Source of the DNA: Candidatus Omnitrophota bacterium
GTDB taxonomy: Bacteria; Omnitrophota; Gorgyraeia; Zapsychrales; Aceulaceae
Length of the DNA: 64,000 nt
NCBI GenBank assembly: GCA_029564765.1
Contig: JAKQPK010000050.1
Span: 82,977-146,976 of the forward strand
Direction of reading: 5' to 3'
Position numbers and translations under genes: made by a program
Shown here: positions 28,184 to 38,750 of the stretch, piece by piece
Layout of the letters: each line of letters begins with the position of its first letter
Position numbering within the stretch: the stretch's first letter is position 1
The notes under the pieces: model-generated
What the model was told of the DNA's origin: nothing
Databases searched by the model: none
What the model saw: the letters and a program-made list of their open reading frames with translations, nothing else

Positions 28184-28849
28184 AAACTTTAAATAATTCT
28201 CCCAATACAAGTACAGCTCTTTGGTTGCCTGTAGGTCACGCGCGCAATACCTCGCAATGTCATGGAATGCGCCTTTGAGAAAAAACTCTTTAACTTGCAG
28301 TCCTGTGATCCCCTCTTCTTTGGGGCTTTTGATACCGAAGGCTTTGCACCACATGTCCAAGCTGAAGCGGCGACGCATCGCATCATAAAAGGTCAACTGA
28401 TCGCAAAGGTCAACATGCAGCTTCGCGTCATAGCGATACGGCACAAGATTCTTGGTCGCGCGAACATTGTTGATGGCTGAGCGCAACATGATAAAAGGAC
28501 AATCGAAGGTTCGTCCATTAAAAGTGATAAAAACATTGGCCTTTTCGATCAATTTCCAAAAATGCATCAGGATCTCTTTTTCATCCCCGGAAACATAAGT
28601 GATGTCCCCTTCCTGGAATTTTTCTTTCTTGCCATCATTCTGGAAGAAGACAAAACTCTTATTCGTCTCCACGTCCAGCATGCCGATCGTGATCACTTGG
28701 GCTGTCACAGGGTAGAAGCTCATACTATTTTTTACATCCTCGATCTTCTGCTCGCTGTCAGCGAACTTCAAGAAATATTCTTTTGAGACCTCATCCAAGC
28801 TGTCAAAATCCTGCCCTGCAGTTTCAATGTCAAAAACGATCTTAGACAT
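28181..28849 (-). CDS. PolB-like 3'-5' exonuclease (RNase H fold, DEDD)
   Basis: FDIET, TFNGRTFDCPFI, HVDL.D, YCARD. Confidence 0.88.
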   Translation of the reverse strand: MSKIVFDIETAGQDFDSLDEVSKEYFLKFADSEQKIEDVKNSMSFYPVTAQVITIGMLDVETNKSFVFFQNDGKKEKFQEGDITYVSGDEKEILMHFWKLIEKANVFITFNGRTFDCPFIMLRSAINNVRATKNLVPYRYDAKLHVDLCDQLTFYDAMRRRFSLDMWCKAFGIKSPKEEGITGLQVKEFFLKGAFHDIARYCARDLQATKELYLYWENYLKF

Positions 28850-28884
28850 AAAAGCTCCTTAATAAAGATTTGGAATGCAAATAA

Positions 28885-28998
28885 AATGACTCAATGACCA
28901 AGCTCGAATGTCGAATCAATATCTCAAATCCTAATATTTCAATTGGGCATTGAATCATTGGGGTTTCATTCGTCATTAGGATTTCGTCATTGGTCATT
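28885..28998. repeat. Inverted AATGAC/GTCATT short-repeat hairpin after trpF
   Basis: AATGACTCAATGACCAA ... TCATTAGG ATTTCG TCATTGG TCATT. Confidence 0.7.
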
Positions 28999-29617
28999 GC
29001 GCTTCACCTTTTTGCTTCTTTAAAAATTTTCTCATTAAGCGCAGACATTTCTTTCCCGGACGCCGCTCTACTCCGCTGGAAACATCATAGGCATAAATAT
29101 TCTTAAGTTTTACAGCTTCAACAATGTTCTCTGGATTCAAGCCGCCGGACAAGATGATCTTCTGTTTCTTAAGTGCAGATTCTTGCAAGATGTCCCAATC
29201 AAAAACTTTCCCTGTTCCCCCGTGCACGCCTTTAAGATACGTATCGAACAACAAAAATGAAGTCTTATACCGCAAAGCTCTTGCAACATCCTGCTTGTGC
29301 TTGACACAGATCGCTTTGATCGTGATGACCTTCTTTATCTTAGAACAAAAAGCGGGTGTCTCATTGCCATGTAACTGAACTACTCTTAGACCACATTGCG
29401 CGACAATGGCTTGGATGTTCTTGAGCGATTCATTAACAAAAACGCCTACCGGCAGAACGGATCGAGGAAGGGACGCGATAATTCTTTTGGCAGTATTCGG
29501 ATCAATATATCGAGGACTTTTACGATAAAAAATAAAACCCAGCGCCCAAGCGCCAAGACGGTGCGCCCTGTGCGCGTCTTCCTTGTTTGTAATACCGCAA
29601 ATCTTAATTCTCGCCAT
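28994..29617 (-). CDS. trpF: Phosphoribosylanthranilate isomerase
   Basis: IKICGIT, GFIF..SPR, QLHGNE, GGTGKVFDW, LSGGL.PEN, DVSSGVE. Confidence 0.97.
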   Translation of the reverse strand: MARIKICGITNKEDAHRAHRLGAWALGFIFYRKSPRYIDPNTAKRIIASLPRSVLPVGVFVNESLKNIQAIVAQCGLRVVQLHGNETPAFCSKIKKVITIKAICVKHKQDVARALRYKTSFLLFDTYLKGVHGGTGKVFDWDILQESALKKQKIILSGGLNPENIVEAVKLKNIYAYDVSSGVERRPGKKCLRLMRKFLKKQKGEAQ

Positions 29618-30395
29618 ACATTACTTCCCTTACCTTGGCGCCAACATCATGTGCGCGCAAAAAAGTCTCGCCGATCAACACCGCGTGAGCGCCCAACTGC
29701 TGAAGTTTCCGAATCTGTGTCTGATCCTTGATCCCGCTTTCAGCGACGATCGTGATCCCTTGTGGGATAGACGGAATCAGCTTTTCGCAGGTTGCAAAAT
29801 CAACGTCCAAAGTTCTTAAATTTCGATTATTGACCCCGATGATCTTGGCTCCGCTATTGATGGCGCGCTGAAGTTCTTTCTCGTCATGGACCTCGACTAA
29901 AGCATCCATGCCTAAGCCGTGAGCGGTCTCAAGAAGCTGTTGTAGATTTTTATCCGTAAGGATGGCAACGATCAACAGCACCGCGCTACTGCCGAACGAA
30001 AAGGTTTCAAAGATCTGCACCTCGTCAATGATAAAATCCTTGGTCAAAACAGGCAAGCTTACATGCTCAGCCACCTCACGCACATACGGCGGCTTACCTA
30101 AAAAATACTTATCTTCGGTCAAAACAGAAATGGCAGCTGCGCCAGCTTTCTGATAGGCATACGCTAGATCCAACACGCTAAAATCACCACGTATAACCCC
30201 TTGAGATGGTGAAGCCTTTTTGATCTCAGCGATAAGATTTAGCTGGCCCGGTTTTGATATGGCTTTCTGGAATACGTGATACGCTGTATGCTTGTCATTC
30301 TTATTCTTTGCCTTAAGCTCCTGTAGGAAGACTTTCTTCTTTTCGATCAGGCCTTGTTTGTAAACGATGATATCTTTTAGGAAATCTTTTGTCAT
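29604..30395 (-). CDS. trpC: Indole-3-glycerol phosphate synthase
   Basis: IAEIKKASPS, SVLTE, KDFI, GVNNRNL, AESGI. Confidence 0.97.
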   Translation of the reverse strand: MTKDFLKDIIVYKQGLIEKKKVFLQELKAKNKNDKHTAYHVFQKAISKPGQLNLIAEIKKASPSQGVIRGDFSVLDLAYAYQKAGAAAISVLTEDKYFLGKPPYVREVAEHVSLPVLTKDFIIDEVQIFETFSFGSSAVLLIVAILTDKNLQQLLETAHGLGMDALVEVHDEKELQRAINSGAKIIGVNNRNLRTLDVDFATCEKLIPSIPQGITIVAESGIKDQTQIRKLQQLGAHAVLIGETFLRAHDVGAKVREVMYGEN

Positions 30396-31399
30396 TGATT
30401 AGTGAACGCGATCAAGGAATCAAGTTTTTCTTTGGCTTTTTTTGTATCGACCGATTGGCAGGCTGCCTCTATGCCCTTATGAACTGTTGGAGTTCTGCCA
30501 GCAATATACAACGCGTAAGCGGCATTTAAAATAACGATATCTCTTTGGGCGCCAGTCTGACCGCTTAGAACATCAGAAATGATCTGCGCGTTGGTTTCAG
30601 CGCTTCCCCCCTTAAGGTCTTGAGGAAGAGCTCTTGGAATACCGTAAAAAGATGGATCGATCTCATATGAAATGATGTCTTGGCCATTATATTCGCTAGC
30701 AAATGTCTTGGCAGTGGTCGTGATCTCATCTAAGCCATCCTCTCCATGCACCACCAAGGCTTTCTTTAATCCCAGGTTCTGCAAGACATGCGCCATGGGC
30801 TCAACCAATTCCTTGTTGTAAACGCCCATCATCTGATGCGTAGCTTTAGACGGATTCGTCAGAGGCCCCAAAACATTAAAGATCGTCTCAACCCCTAGTT
30901 CTTTGCGAACCGCGGCCGCGTAACGCATCGCCGGATGTAAATTTTGCGCGAATAAGAAAGCGATGCCCACCTGATGCAGGCAATCCGATAAACGCTCGAC
31001 TTTCATGCCAACGTTGACACCCAGATACTCAAGCACATCCGCGCTACCACATTTACTGGAAACGGAACGGTTACCATGCTTGGCCACTACGCAGCCAGCG
31101 CCAGCGACCACGAAAGCGACGGCGGTCGATATATTGAACGTGCCGGCCCTGTCACCTCCAGTGCCACAGGTGTCAAGAACGACATCCTTATCTGTATCCA
31201 CTGCGATCGCGAACTCTCGCATGATACGCGCTGCGCCGGTGATCTCATTGACCGCGGCCCCTTTCTTACGCAACGCTAAAAGAAACGCGCTAAGCTCCTC
31301 TTTCGGCACTGTTCCGGTCATGATACGTCGCATTACATCAGACATCTCTTGGGCGGTGAGGTCATGATGTTGCTGGATCTTGTCGATATACTCTTGCAT
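30392..31399 (-). CDS. trpD: Anthranilate phosphoribosyltransferase
   Basis: DTCGTGGD, NIST, KHGNRSVSSKCGSAD, GLDE. Confidence 0.97.
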   Translation of the reverse strand: MQEYIDKIQQHHDLTAQEMSDVMRRIMTGTVPKEELSAFLLALRKKGAAVNEITGAARIMREFAIAVDTDKDVVLDTCGTGGDRAGTFNISTAVAFVVAGAGCVVAKHGNRSVSSKCGSADVLEYLGVNVGMKVERLSDCLHQVGIAFLFAQNLHPAMRYAAAVRKELGVETIFNVLGPLTNPSKATHQMMGVYNKELVEPMAHVLQNLGLKKALVVHGEDGLDEITTTAKTFASEYNGQDIISYEIDPSFYGIPRALPQDLKGGSAETNAQIISDVLSGQTGAQRDIVILNAAYALYIAGRTPTVHKGIEAACQSVDTKKAKEKLDSLIAFTNQ

Positions 31400-31412
31400 A
31401 CAGATAGAAAAT

Positions 31413-31985
31413 TTATTTAGGGTTTAAGATTAAAAAATTCTGGAGCAACTTTTTGCCTTCTTTGGTCAAAATAGACTCCGGATGAAATTGAACACCCCAA
31501 AGCGGATATTGCTTGTGGCGAACGCCCATGATCTCTTTGTCTTGGGTCCAGGCGATGATCTCTAAGCAATCCGGTAATGTCTTCTGTTCGATCACTAGGG
31601 AATGATAGCGTGTCGCTTCAAAAGGATTGGAGAGGCCTTTGAAAATTTCTTTTTTATTGTGATAGATCAAGGAGGTTTTTCCGTGCATAAGTTTTTTCGC
31701 GCCGATGATGCTCCCGCCATAGGCATAGCCAATGGCCTGATGGCCTAAGCAAACCCCTAAGATCGGGATCTGACCGGCAAATTCTCGTATTAACGCAACA
31801 GATATACCTGCATCCTCTGGCCGTCCCGGCCCAGGAGAGACAACGATACGTTCCGGCCGCATGCTTTTGATATCATCGATCGTGATGGCATCGTTGCGAA
31901 AAACCTCAACATCCGCTTTCAATTCAGCCAGGTACTGGACGAGATTATAGGTAAAGGAATCATAATTATCCAGCATGAGGATCAT
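31413..31985 (-). CDS. trpG: Anthranilate/aminodeoxychorismate synthase component II
   Basis: [33 protein letters not shown]; start moved to MILML. Confidence 0.95.
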   Translation of the reverse strand: MILMLDNYDSFTYNLVQYLAELKADVEVFRNDAITIDDIKSMRPERIVVSPGPGRPEDAGISVALIREFAGQIPILGVCLGHQAIGYAYGGSIIGAKKLMHGKTSLIYHNKKEIFKGLSNPFEATRYHSLVIEQKTLPDCLEIIAWTQDKEIMGVRHKQYPLWGVQFHPESILTKEGKKLLQNFLILNPK

Positions 31986-31986
31986 G

Positions 31987-33249
31987 TCACACTTTTTTCC
32001 TTGAGATCTTTGCGCCAATGTTCAAAAGTTTTTTCTCGAGGTCCTCATACCCACGCTCCAGATGATAGATGCGGTGGATCTCCGTCAGGCCTTTCGCGGT
32101 CAAACCAGCAATGACAAGAGCGGCCGATGCTCTGAGATCTGAAGCCATAACCGGGGCTCCGTGTAAGGTTTTGACACCCTGAACGATCGCATGTAAGCCT
32201 TCCCGGCGGATATTAGCCCCCATACGGTCAAGCTCAGCAATATGCATGAACCGATCAGGATAGACACGGTCTGTGATAACGCTCACGCCGGGTGTCGTTG
32301 CCATCAAAGCCATGAATTGGGCTTGGAGGTCTGTTGGAAATCCTGGATAAGGATACGTATTGATACTGGCCGGGGTTATGGTCCGGCGATTGATCACGCG
32401 GATCACATCATCAGTATACTCAAAGCGGACCCCTATGGACTCTAAGACATCGATCAATGACAACAAATGCCCATGATACGCGTCACGGATCGTCAAGTCG
32501 CTGCGCGTGGCTACGGACATCAGTATGAAGGTCCCTGCTTCGATACGATCCGCAATAATGCTATGATCTGCCCCTAAAAGTTCCTTAACCCCGCGGATAA
32601 TAATGCGCGGTGTTCCATGCCCGATCACATGAGCACCCATGCGCACTAAAAAATTTCCTAGATCCTCGATCTCAGGCTCGCAGGCTGCTGATTCGATGAT
32701 CGTCTCACCATTGGCCAGAACAGCCGCCATCATTACATTGGCCGTTGCCAGGACTGATGACCCAAAGACCCCTCCTAAATAAATACGCGCTCCCCGCAGG
32801 CGCTTAGCTTTAGCGACAATATATCCCGCGTCCGTTGTCATCTCAGCGCCTAAAGCCTTTAAGCCTTTGACATGAAGGTCAACAGGGCGAATACCGATCA
32901 CGCAGCCTCCGGGCAAAGAAACACGGGCCCGGCGAAGTTTACCTAAAAGAGGCCCTAAGACACAAAACGATCCTCGCATGGTGGACACTAGATCATACGG
33001 CGCAGTATCTTTGATCGGCCCTTTCCCCAAGACAACAAGTTTTCCTTTTTCATAACGCGTGACCTTACCTAAAGACTCCAGAAGCTTGATCATGGTCAAT
33101 GTGTCACGCAATTTGGGCACATTATGGATCGTGCACGGCTGATCCGTTAAAAGGGTGGCCGCCATAATAGGCAGAGCCGAATTCTTTGCCCCGCTGATAC
33201 GAACTTCCCCAGATAAACGTCTTCCCCCTTCGATCACAAGCTTATCCAT
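31987..33249 (-). CDS. murA: UDP-GlcNAc 1-carboxyvinyltransferase
   Basis: [30 protein letters not shown]. Confidence 0.97.
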   Translation of the reverse strand: MDKLVIEGGRRLSGEVRISGAKNSALPIMAATLLTDQPCTIHNVPKLRDTLTMIKLLESLGKVTRYEKGKLVVLGKGPIKDTAPYDLVSTMRGSFCVLGPLLGKLRRARVSLPGGCVIGIRPVDLHVKGLKALGAEMTTDAGYIVAKAKRLRGARIYLGGVFGSSVLATANVMMAAVLANGETIIESAACEPEIEDLGNFLVRMGAHVIGHGTPRIIIRGVKELLGADHSIIADRIEAGTFILMSVATRSDLTIRDAYHGHLLSLIDVLESIGVRFEYTDDVIRVINRRTITPASINTYPYPGFPTDLQAQFMALMATTPGVSVITDRVYPDRFMHIAELDRMGANIRREGLHAIVQGVKTLHGAPVMASDLRASAALVIAGLTAKGLTEIHRIYHLERGYEDLEKKLLNIGAKISRKKV

Positions 33250-33252
33250 AGA

Positions 33253-34041
33253 CTATATCCTTTGCGCTATAACAACACGTTCGATATGTGAATAATCGTT
33301 CAGACATCCTTGGACGACCAGATGGCCTGTCTGCTCTAAAATATCTTGAACATCTTTCGCCTGACCTTGCCCTACCTCAAGAAAAAGAAAACCATTGCGG
33401 GATAAGGCATGCTTTGTGAATTGCGCGATCCGGCGATAAAAACGCAATCCATCCTCTCCTCCATCCAAAGCGCCATGGGGCTCTTGGAGGACTTCCGGCT
33501 GAAGATCCGCGATGTCTCCACTTGGAATATACGGCGGGTTTGAAATAACGATATCGCATAACGGTATCTTGCGGATACATGTATCGCTAAAAATATCATC
33601 CTCTAGAAATGTGATCCGCGAAAAGACATCATGTGTCCGCGCGTTCTGCCTGGCAACCTCAAGCGCCTCTTTAGAAATATCCAAAGCCAGAAAATGATGT
33701 TGGGAGAAATTCTTTGCGAGACTAACAATAATATTACCGCTTCCTGTTCCTATGTCCAGGACGCTTAAAGGCTTGCCTGCCTTTTGCAAAAAGGTTGCCG
33801 CGGCCTCTACCAACAATTCTGTTTCCGGACGCGGGATCAATACACGCTGATCAACATAAAGATCAAGCCCCATGAATTCACAGGTACGCAAGATGTATTG
33901 CGCGGGTTCGCGCGAAGAACGCCTGCTGCAGATATCATCAAGCTGTTGCTTCTGATCTGCGGTCACTTCAACGGTACCTGTATAAAGATCAACTCTGCGG
34001 CATTGCAAAACAGATGTAAGGATCAGTTCTTGCTCGTTCAT
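33253..34041 (-). CDS. prmC: Release factor glutamine methyltransferase
   Basis: [21 protein letters not shown]; follows prfA. Confidence 0.95.
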   Translation of the reverse strand: MNEQELILTSVLQCRRVDLYTGTVEVTADQKQQLDDICSRRSSREPAQYILRTCEFMGLDLYVDQRVLIPRPETELLVEAAATFLQKAGKPLSVLDIGTGSGNIIVSLAKNFSQHHFLALDISKEALEVARQNARTHDVFSRITFLEDDIFSDTCIRKIPLCDIVISNPPYIPSGDIADLQPEVLQEPHGALDGGEDGLRFYRRIAQFTKHALSRNGFLFLEVGQGQAKDVQDILEQTGHLVVQGCLNDYSHIERVVIAQRI

Positions 34042-35102
34042 GCTTGCGCCTCTGCCTTAAGCTCAGCTTCGATCAGAGCGTCTGCAAGCTCATCCATTTC
34101 GCCATCTAAAATACTGGGAAGTTGATGACTTGTAAAACCAATACGGTGATCCGTGACGCGTCGATCCGGGAAGTTATAGGTACGGATCTTTTCGCTACGG
34201 TCCCCTGTGCCCACTTTCGCCTTGCGCTCTTGGGATTCTTTGGCAAGATTGTCTTCTTGCATCTTGTCCAGGATGCGCGCACGCAACACGCGCATAGCTT
34301 TCAATCGATTCTTCAGCTGTGAGCGTTCGTCTTGACAGACAACAACGGTCCCTGTTGGTAAATGCGTGATGCGTATCGCCGAATCGGTCGTGTTAACGCT
34401 CTGCCCTCCAGGGCCAGACGAACGAAAAACATCGATCTTAAGATCTTTGGGGTCGATCACGAGCTCTACTTCTTCAGGTTCTGCCATAACAACAACTGTC
34501 GCTGCAGATGTATGGATGCGTCCAGAGGCTTCAGTCGCTGGAACACGCTGAACACGATGCGCTCCGCTTTCCCATTTTAGACGATCCCAGGCTCCTTTTC
34601 CGCTGACACCGAACACGATCTCTTTAAAGCCTCCGCCTTCTGCTGGATGACTGCTCATAGCGTCCACACGCCAGTTTTTTTGAGCCGCATACTTGACATA
34701 CATGCGGTACAGATCACCGGCGAATAACGATGCCTCAGCCCCACCGGTGCCGGCACGGATCTCAATGATGATATCTTTTTCTTGCTCTTGTCGTTTGGGG
34801 TTCAGCAGTTCGTTGATCTGAAGCTCAAGGGCTTCTTGGCGGGTTTGCAACTCAGCGATCTCGCAATGCGCGAGATCGACAAAATCCTTATCATGCTTTT
34901 CCTTCAAAAGATGCTCAAGATCCTGTTTTTCTTTAAGAAGATTCTGGTGTTCGCGGTAAGCGCTGACAAGCGGCATCAATTCTGCCATCTCTTTGGCAAA
35001 AGATTGATATCGTTTATTATCAGCGATCACTTGCGGATCAGCCAAAAGCATCTCCAGCTCACCACAACGCGCTTGGGCCTTCTGAAGTTTATCAATGTTC
35101 AT
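34038..35102 (-). CDS. prfA: Peptide chain release factor 1
   Basis: HRVQRVPAT (PxT), GGQ, RTYNFP. Confidence 0.97.
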   Translation of the reverse strand: MNIDKLQKAQARCGELEMLLADPQVIADNKRYQSFAKEMAELMPLVSAYREHQNLLKEKQDLEHLLKEKHDKDFVDLAHCEIAELQTRQEALELQINELLNPKRQEQEKDIIIEIRAGTGGAEASLFAGDLYRMYVKYAAQKNWRVDAMSSHPAEGGGFKEIVFGVSGKGAWDRLKWESGAHRVQRVPATEASGRIHTSAATVVVMAEPEEVELVIDPKDLKIDVFRSSGPGGQSVNTTDSAIRITHLPTGTVVVCQDERSQLKNRLKAMRVLRARILDKMQEDNLAKESQERKAKVGTGDRSEKIRTYNFPDRRVTDHRIGFTSHQLPSILDGEMDELADALIEAELKAEAQA

Positions 35103-35218
35103 CGTCTGTCATCTCCTCGCGCAATTGCTCGGAGTGCCTCAACACATTTCGCGCTGAGCAATTTCTTTGCCCCTCGCCTATTCGCTCAGGACAACTCAGC
35201 GCATTTTGCGACAAGTCG

Positions 35219-35425
35219 TTATTTATCTTTCTTGGCGTAACGCTTTTTGAAACGATCAATGCGACCGGCAGTATCGACGAACTTTTTATCGCCCGTGAAA
35301 AACGGATGGCATTTAGAACAAATTTCCACATGGATGCCTTTGCGGGTCGAGCGCGTCTGAATGATCTCCCCACAAGAGCATGTGATCGCAGCTTCTTCGT
35401 ACTTAGGATGAATTTCTTTTTTCAT
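35219..35425 (-). CDS. rpmE: 50S ribosomal protein L31
   Basis: [27 protein letters not shown]. Confidence 0.97.
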   Translation of the reverse strand: MKKEIHPKYEEAAITCSCGEIIQTRSTRKGIHVEICSKCHPFFTGDKKFVDTAGRIDRFKKRYAKKDK

Positions 35426-35449
35426 ACGTCATTGTCCTCCTTTATAAGC

Positions 35450-36787
35450 TTAGTCAGCTCTGTTCATGTTGCTTAAAAAATCCTTATTGGTCTTATATTT
35501 CGCGAGTTTCGCCAACAAAAGTTCCATTGACTCTGACAGATTGAGATCATTAAGCGCCTTGCGTAAAAGCCAAATGCGCTGCAGATCACCTTCGGGGATC
35601 AATAGCTCTTCATGGCGCGTATTCGACCTTTTAATGTCAATCGCGGGATATATTCTCCTCTGAAAAAGCGTTCTGTCAAGCTGTAATTCCATGTTGCCGG
35701 TTCCCTTGAATTCCTCAAAGATAACCTCATCCATGCGGCTTCCGGTGTCCACCAGCCCTGTCGCGATGATTGTTAAACTACCACCCTCTTCAATGCATCG
35801 GGCAGCGCCAAAAAATCTTTTTGGCTTATGAAGCGCATTAGAGTCCACACCTCCCGACAGGATCTTACCGCTATGCGGCACGACCGTGTTGTACGCGCGG
35901 GCTAAACGCGTAATGCTGTCTAAAAGGATCACAACATCTCTTTTATGTTCCACAAGCCTTTTAGCTTTTTCTAGGACGATCTCTGCCACCTGGACATGGC
36001 GTTCCGCCGGCTCATCAAATGTTGAAGAGATAACCTCTCCTTTAACGCTACGCTGCATATCTGTGACCTCTTCTGGGCGCTCATCGATCAAAAGAACGAT
36101 CAGGATCGCATCCGGATGGTTGCGCGTGATGGAATTAGCGATCTTTTGCAGCAAAACTGTCTTACCACTGTACGGCGGCGCCACGATCAATGCGCGCTGC
36201 CCTTTTCCTAACGGCGACAGAAGGTCCATGACACGCGTGGACAACTCTTCAGGGCTTGTCTCCAAAAGAAACCGTTCTTGAGGATAAAGTGGTGTGAGCT
36301 GATCGAACAGGATCTTTTCTTTACATTTCTCTGGATTCTCAAAATTAACCGCTTCCACCTTAAGAAGCGCAAAATATTTCTCACCTTCTTTAGGAGGCCG
36401 GATCTGCCCGCTCACATTATCACCAGTTTTAAGATCAAACTTTCTGATCTGGGATGGGGAAACATAGATGTCATCTGGGCATGGAAGATAATTGTAATTG
36501 GCATTTCGCAAGAAACCAAATCCTTCCGACAGAACCTCTAGTGTCCCGGCACCGAACATAACGCCTTCTTTTTCAGCTTGGGCTTGAAGGATCTTTAGGA
36601 TCAGATCCTGTTTCTTGATACCACTAAGGCCATCGATCTTCATATCTTTGGCGATTTGCGTCAGATCCGACATTTTTTTATCTTTTAAACTATCGATAAA
36701 AAGCTTATCGGCATTTGTCATAGGGACCTGATCAGTCTTTTCACTTGCGCTACCATTTACAACATCTTTTTCTTTAGTTCTTGGCAT
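35450..36787 (-). CDS. rho: Transcription termination factor Rho
   Basis: [38 protein letters not shown]. Confidence 0.98.
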   Translation of the reverse strand: MPRTKEKDVVNGSASEKTDQVPMTNADKLFIDSLKDKKMSDLTQIAKDMKIDGLSGIKKQDLILKILQAQAEKEGVMFGAGTLEVLSEGFGFLRNANYNYLPCPDDIYVSPSQIRKFDLKTGDNVSGQIRPPKEGEKYFALLKVEAVNFENPEKCKEKILFDQLTPLYPQERFLLETSPEELSTRVMDLLSPLGKGQRALIVAPPYSGKTVLLQKIANSITRNHPDAILIVLLIDERPEEVTDMQRSVKGEVISSTFDEPAERHVQVAEIVLEKAKRLVEHKRDVVILLDSITRLARAYNTVVPHSGKILSGGVDSNALHKPKRFFGAARCIEEGGSLTIIATGLVDTGSRMDEVIFEEFKGTGNMELQLDRTLFQRRIYPAIDIKRSNTRHEELLIPEGDLQRIWLLRKALNDLNLSESMELLLAKLAKYKTNKDFLSNMNRAD

Positions 36788-37359
36788 AATTCCTCTACTT
36801 GTTTTTTTGTTTTCTGGATACTATCTTGGTTATAAATAACGAAATCCGCCTTAGCGGCCTTGAGGGCTATCGGCATTTGCGCGTTAATGCGCCGCAGGAT
36901 TTCTGATTGAGAAAAATGGTTCCTTTTCTGTAAACGCGCGATCTGTACGCGGATGGTCGATCGCACAACGACAACGTAATCGCACAATCCTTCCAGCTTT
37001 GCTTCAAATAATAACGGGACATCAAGAACAAATAAGCCCGGCGTTCGCATGCTACGGTACCGGCCAACCTCCTTTTTTATCTGCTGGATGATCAACGGAT
37101 GCGTGAGATGGCAAAGCTTTTTTAGGGCTTGCGGGTTGCCAAAAACGATCTTCGCAAGCCTGCGACGATCGATACGGCCACCTACCAGGATCTCTCGGCC
37201 AAAAAGAGATACTACTTTTTTAAAGCATGGATGTTTAGGCAGAAAAAGCGCGTGGGCAGCCTTATCGGCGTCAAAAACCTTCGCCCCCCTCTCGCGCAAT
37301 AAACGCGCGACAGTGGTTTTCCCTGAACCAAAGCTTCCTGTGATCCCTACGATATGCAT
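36757..37359 (-). CDS. coaE: Dephospho-CoA kinase
   Basis: [28 protein letters not shown]. Confidence 0.95.
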   Translation of the reverse strand: MHIVGITGSFGSGKTTVARLLRERGAKVFDADKAAHALFLPKHPCFKKVVSLFGREILVGGRIDRRRLAKIVFGNPQALKKLCHLTHPLIIQQIKKEVGRYRSMRTPGLFVLDVPLLFEAKLEGLCDYVVVVRSTIRVQIARLQKRNHFSQSEILRRINAQMPIALKAAKADFVIYNQDSIQKTKKQVEELCQELKKKML

Positions 37360-38750
37360 GCCTGATAAAGTTTTCTATATTCGACGGCAGAGGTCATCCA
37401 TGAAAAATCATAACGCATCACACGTGTTGAAAGATCCAAGAAAAGATCACGATCCTCAAAGACCTTGACCGCTGTTTCAAAGGTCTTAAGCAATGACTCT
37501 TTATCAAAACGGGTGAATACGAATCCATCACCCTGATTATTCGTGAGCTTAAAGGGCATGACCGTGTCTACAAGTCCTCCGGTATGATGGACCAACGGGA
37601 TCGTGCCATAACGAAACGCGATTAGCTGGCTTAGACCGCATGGCTCATAGACTGATGGCATCAGCAACAGATCGCTTCCTGCGTAGATACGGTGTGCCAT
37701 CGTTTCATCAAATTGAATATGAACAGCGATCTTCTCCGGAAAACGCCGTTGAAAACTACGCAGCAGATCTTCAAAACGCTGCTCCCCAACCCCTTGAAAA
37801 ATAAGCTGAACAGGATATTGCATCATCTCTTCGATCCCCTGAGCGATCACATCTATCCCCTTCTGCTCTGATAGGCGTCCGACAAAACCAAAGACAGGAA
37901 TGTATTCGCATACCGGCAAGCCGCTTTCTTTCTGGAGAATGACCTTATTTTTAGCTTTTCCGCTCATGTCGTTCATGCTATAGGGGTGAGCGATCAAAGT
38001 ATCTTTTTCGGGGTTCCAGTACTCTGCATCGATCCCGTTCAGGATGCCGGACAAGCGATCTGAACGAAAACGAATGACGCCCTCCATCCCTCTTCCGGAT
38101 TCTCGATGCTGAATCTCTTTGGCGTATTGAGGACTTACAGTTGTAATATAATCGCTAAAAAGTAACCCACCTTTTAAAAGGCTAAGCTGGCCGTAATATT
38201 CCACCCCGTTGATCGAGTTCAATTCATGCGGTAGGCCTAGCACAAAGAACTTATCCCTAGGGAAAATGCCTTGATATGCTAAATTATGGATCGTAAAAAA
38301 TGTTTTTGTCTTCTCAAACAAGGAATCTCCCTGATAATAAAACTTTAAATAAGCAGGGATCAATGCTGTCTGCCAATCATGGCAATGAATGATGTCCGGC
38401 GCGAGACGGATATCCTTTAATAGCTGCAAGACGCGCTTGTTAAAGAAAGCAAAACGCTCGAGATTATCTCCATAATCACCATGCGGCGTGCCATAAAGTC
38501 CATCGCGATTAAAAAATACTTCATTCTTGATAAAAAAGACATCCAGACCCTGGTAGTTCGCCACAGCAACATCATGGTCGAGCATTTTAAAAGGAATATT
38601 TCTTTGCTGGACTTCACGGTAAAACGGCATAACAACGCAAACGTCCACCTCTTCTTTCATCAATGCTAAAGGCAAAGCACCGCAAACATCTGCGAGCCCT
38701 CCCGTCTTAGCAAAAGGAGCCATTTCCGAACAACAAAAAACAACCTTCAT
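37347..38750 (-). CDS. glgA: Glycogen synthase
   Basis: KTGGLADV, HCHDWQ, TIHNLAYQG, EPCGLSQL, TGGL.DT. Confidence 0.95.
   Translation of the reverse strand: MKVVFCCSEMAPFAKTGGLADVCGALPLALMKEEVDVCVVMPFYREVQQRNIPFKMLDHDVAVANYQGLDVFFIKNEVFFNRDGLYGTPHGDYGDNLERFAFFNKRVLQLLKDIRLAPDIIHCHDWQTALIPAYLKFYYQGDSLFEKTKTFFTIHNLAYQGIFPRDKFFVLGLPHELNSINGVEYYGQLSLLKGGLLFSDYITTVSPQYAKEIQHRESGRGMEGVIRFRSDRLSGILNGIDAEYWNPEKDTLIAHPYSMNDMSGKAKNKVILQKESGLPVCEYIPVFGFVGRLSEQKGIDVIAQGIEEMMQYPVQLIFQGVGEQRFEDLLRSFQRRFPEKIAVHIQFDETMAHRIYAGSDLLLMPSVYEPCGLSQLIAFRYGTIPLVHHTGGLVDTVMPFKLTNNQGDGFVFTRFDKESLLKTFETAVKVFEDRDLFLDLSTRVMRYDFSWMTSAVEYRKLYQACIS

Noticed and set aside
13477-28998. CRISPR array
   Set aside because: Repeats are 7-8-nt tandem units without unique spacers, and no cas genes are present.
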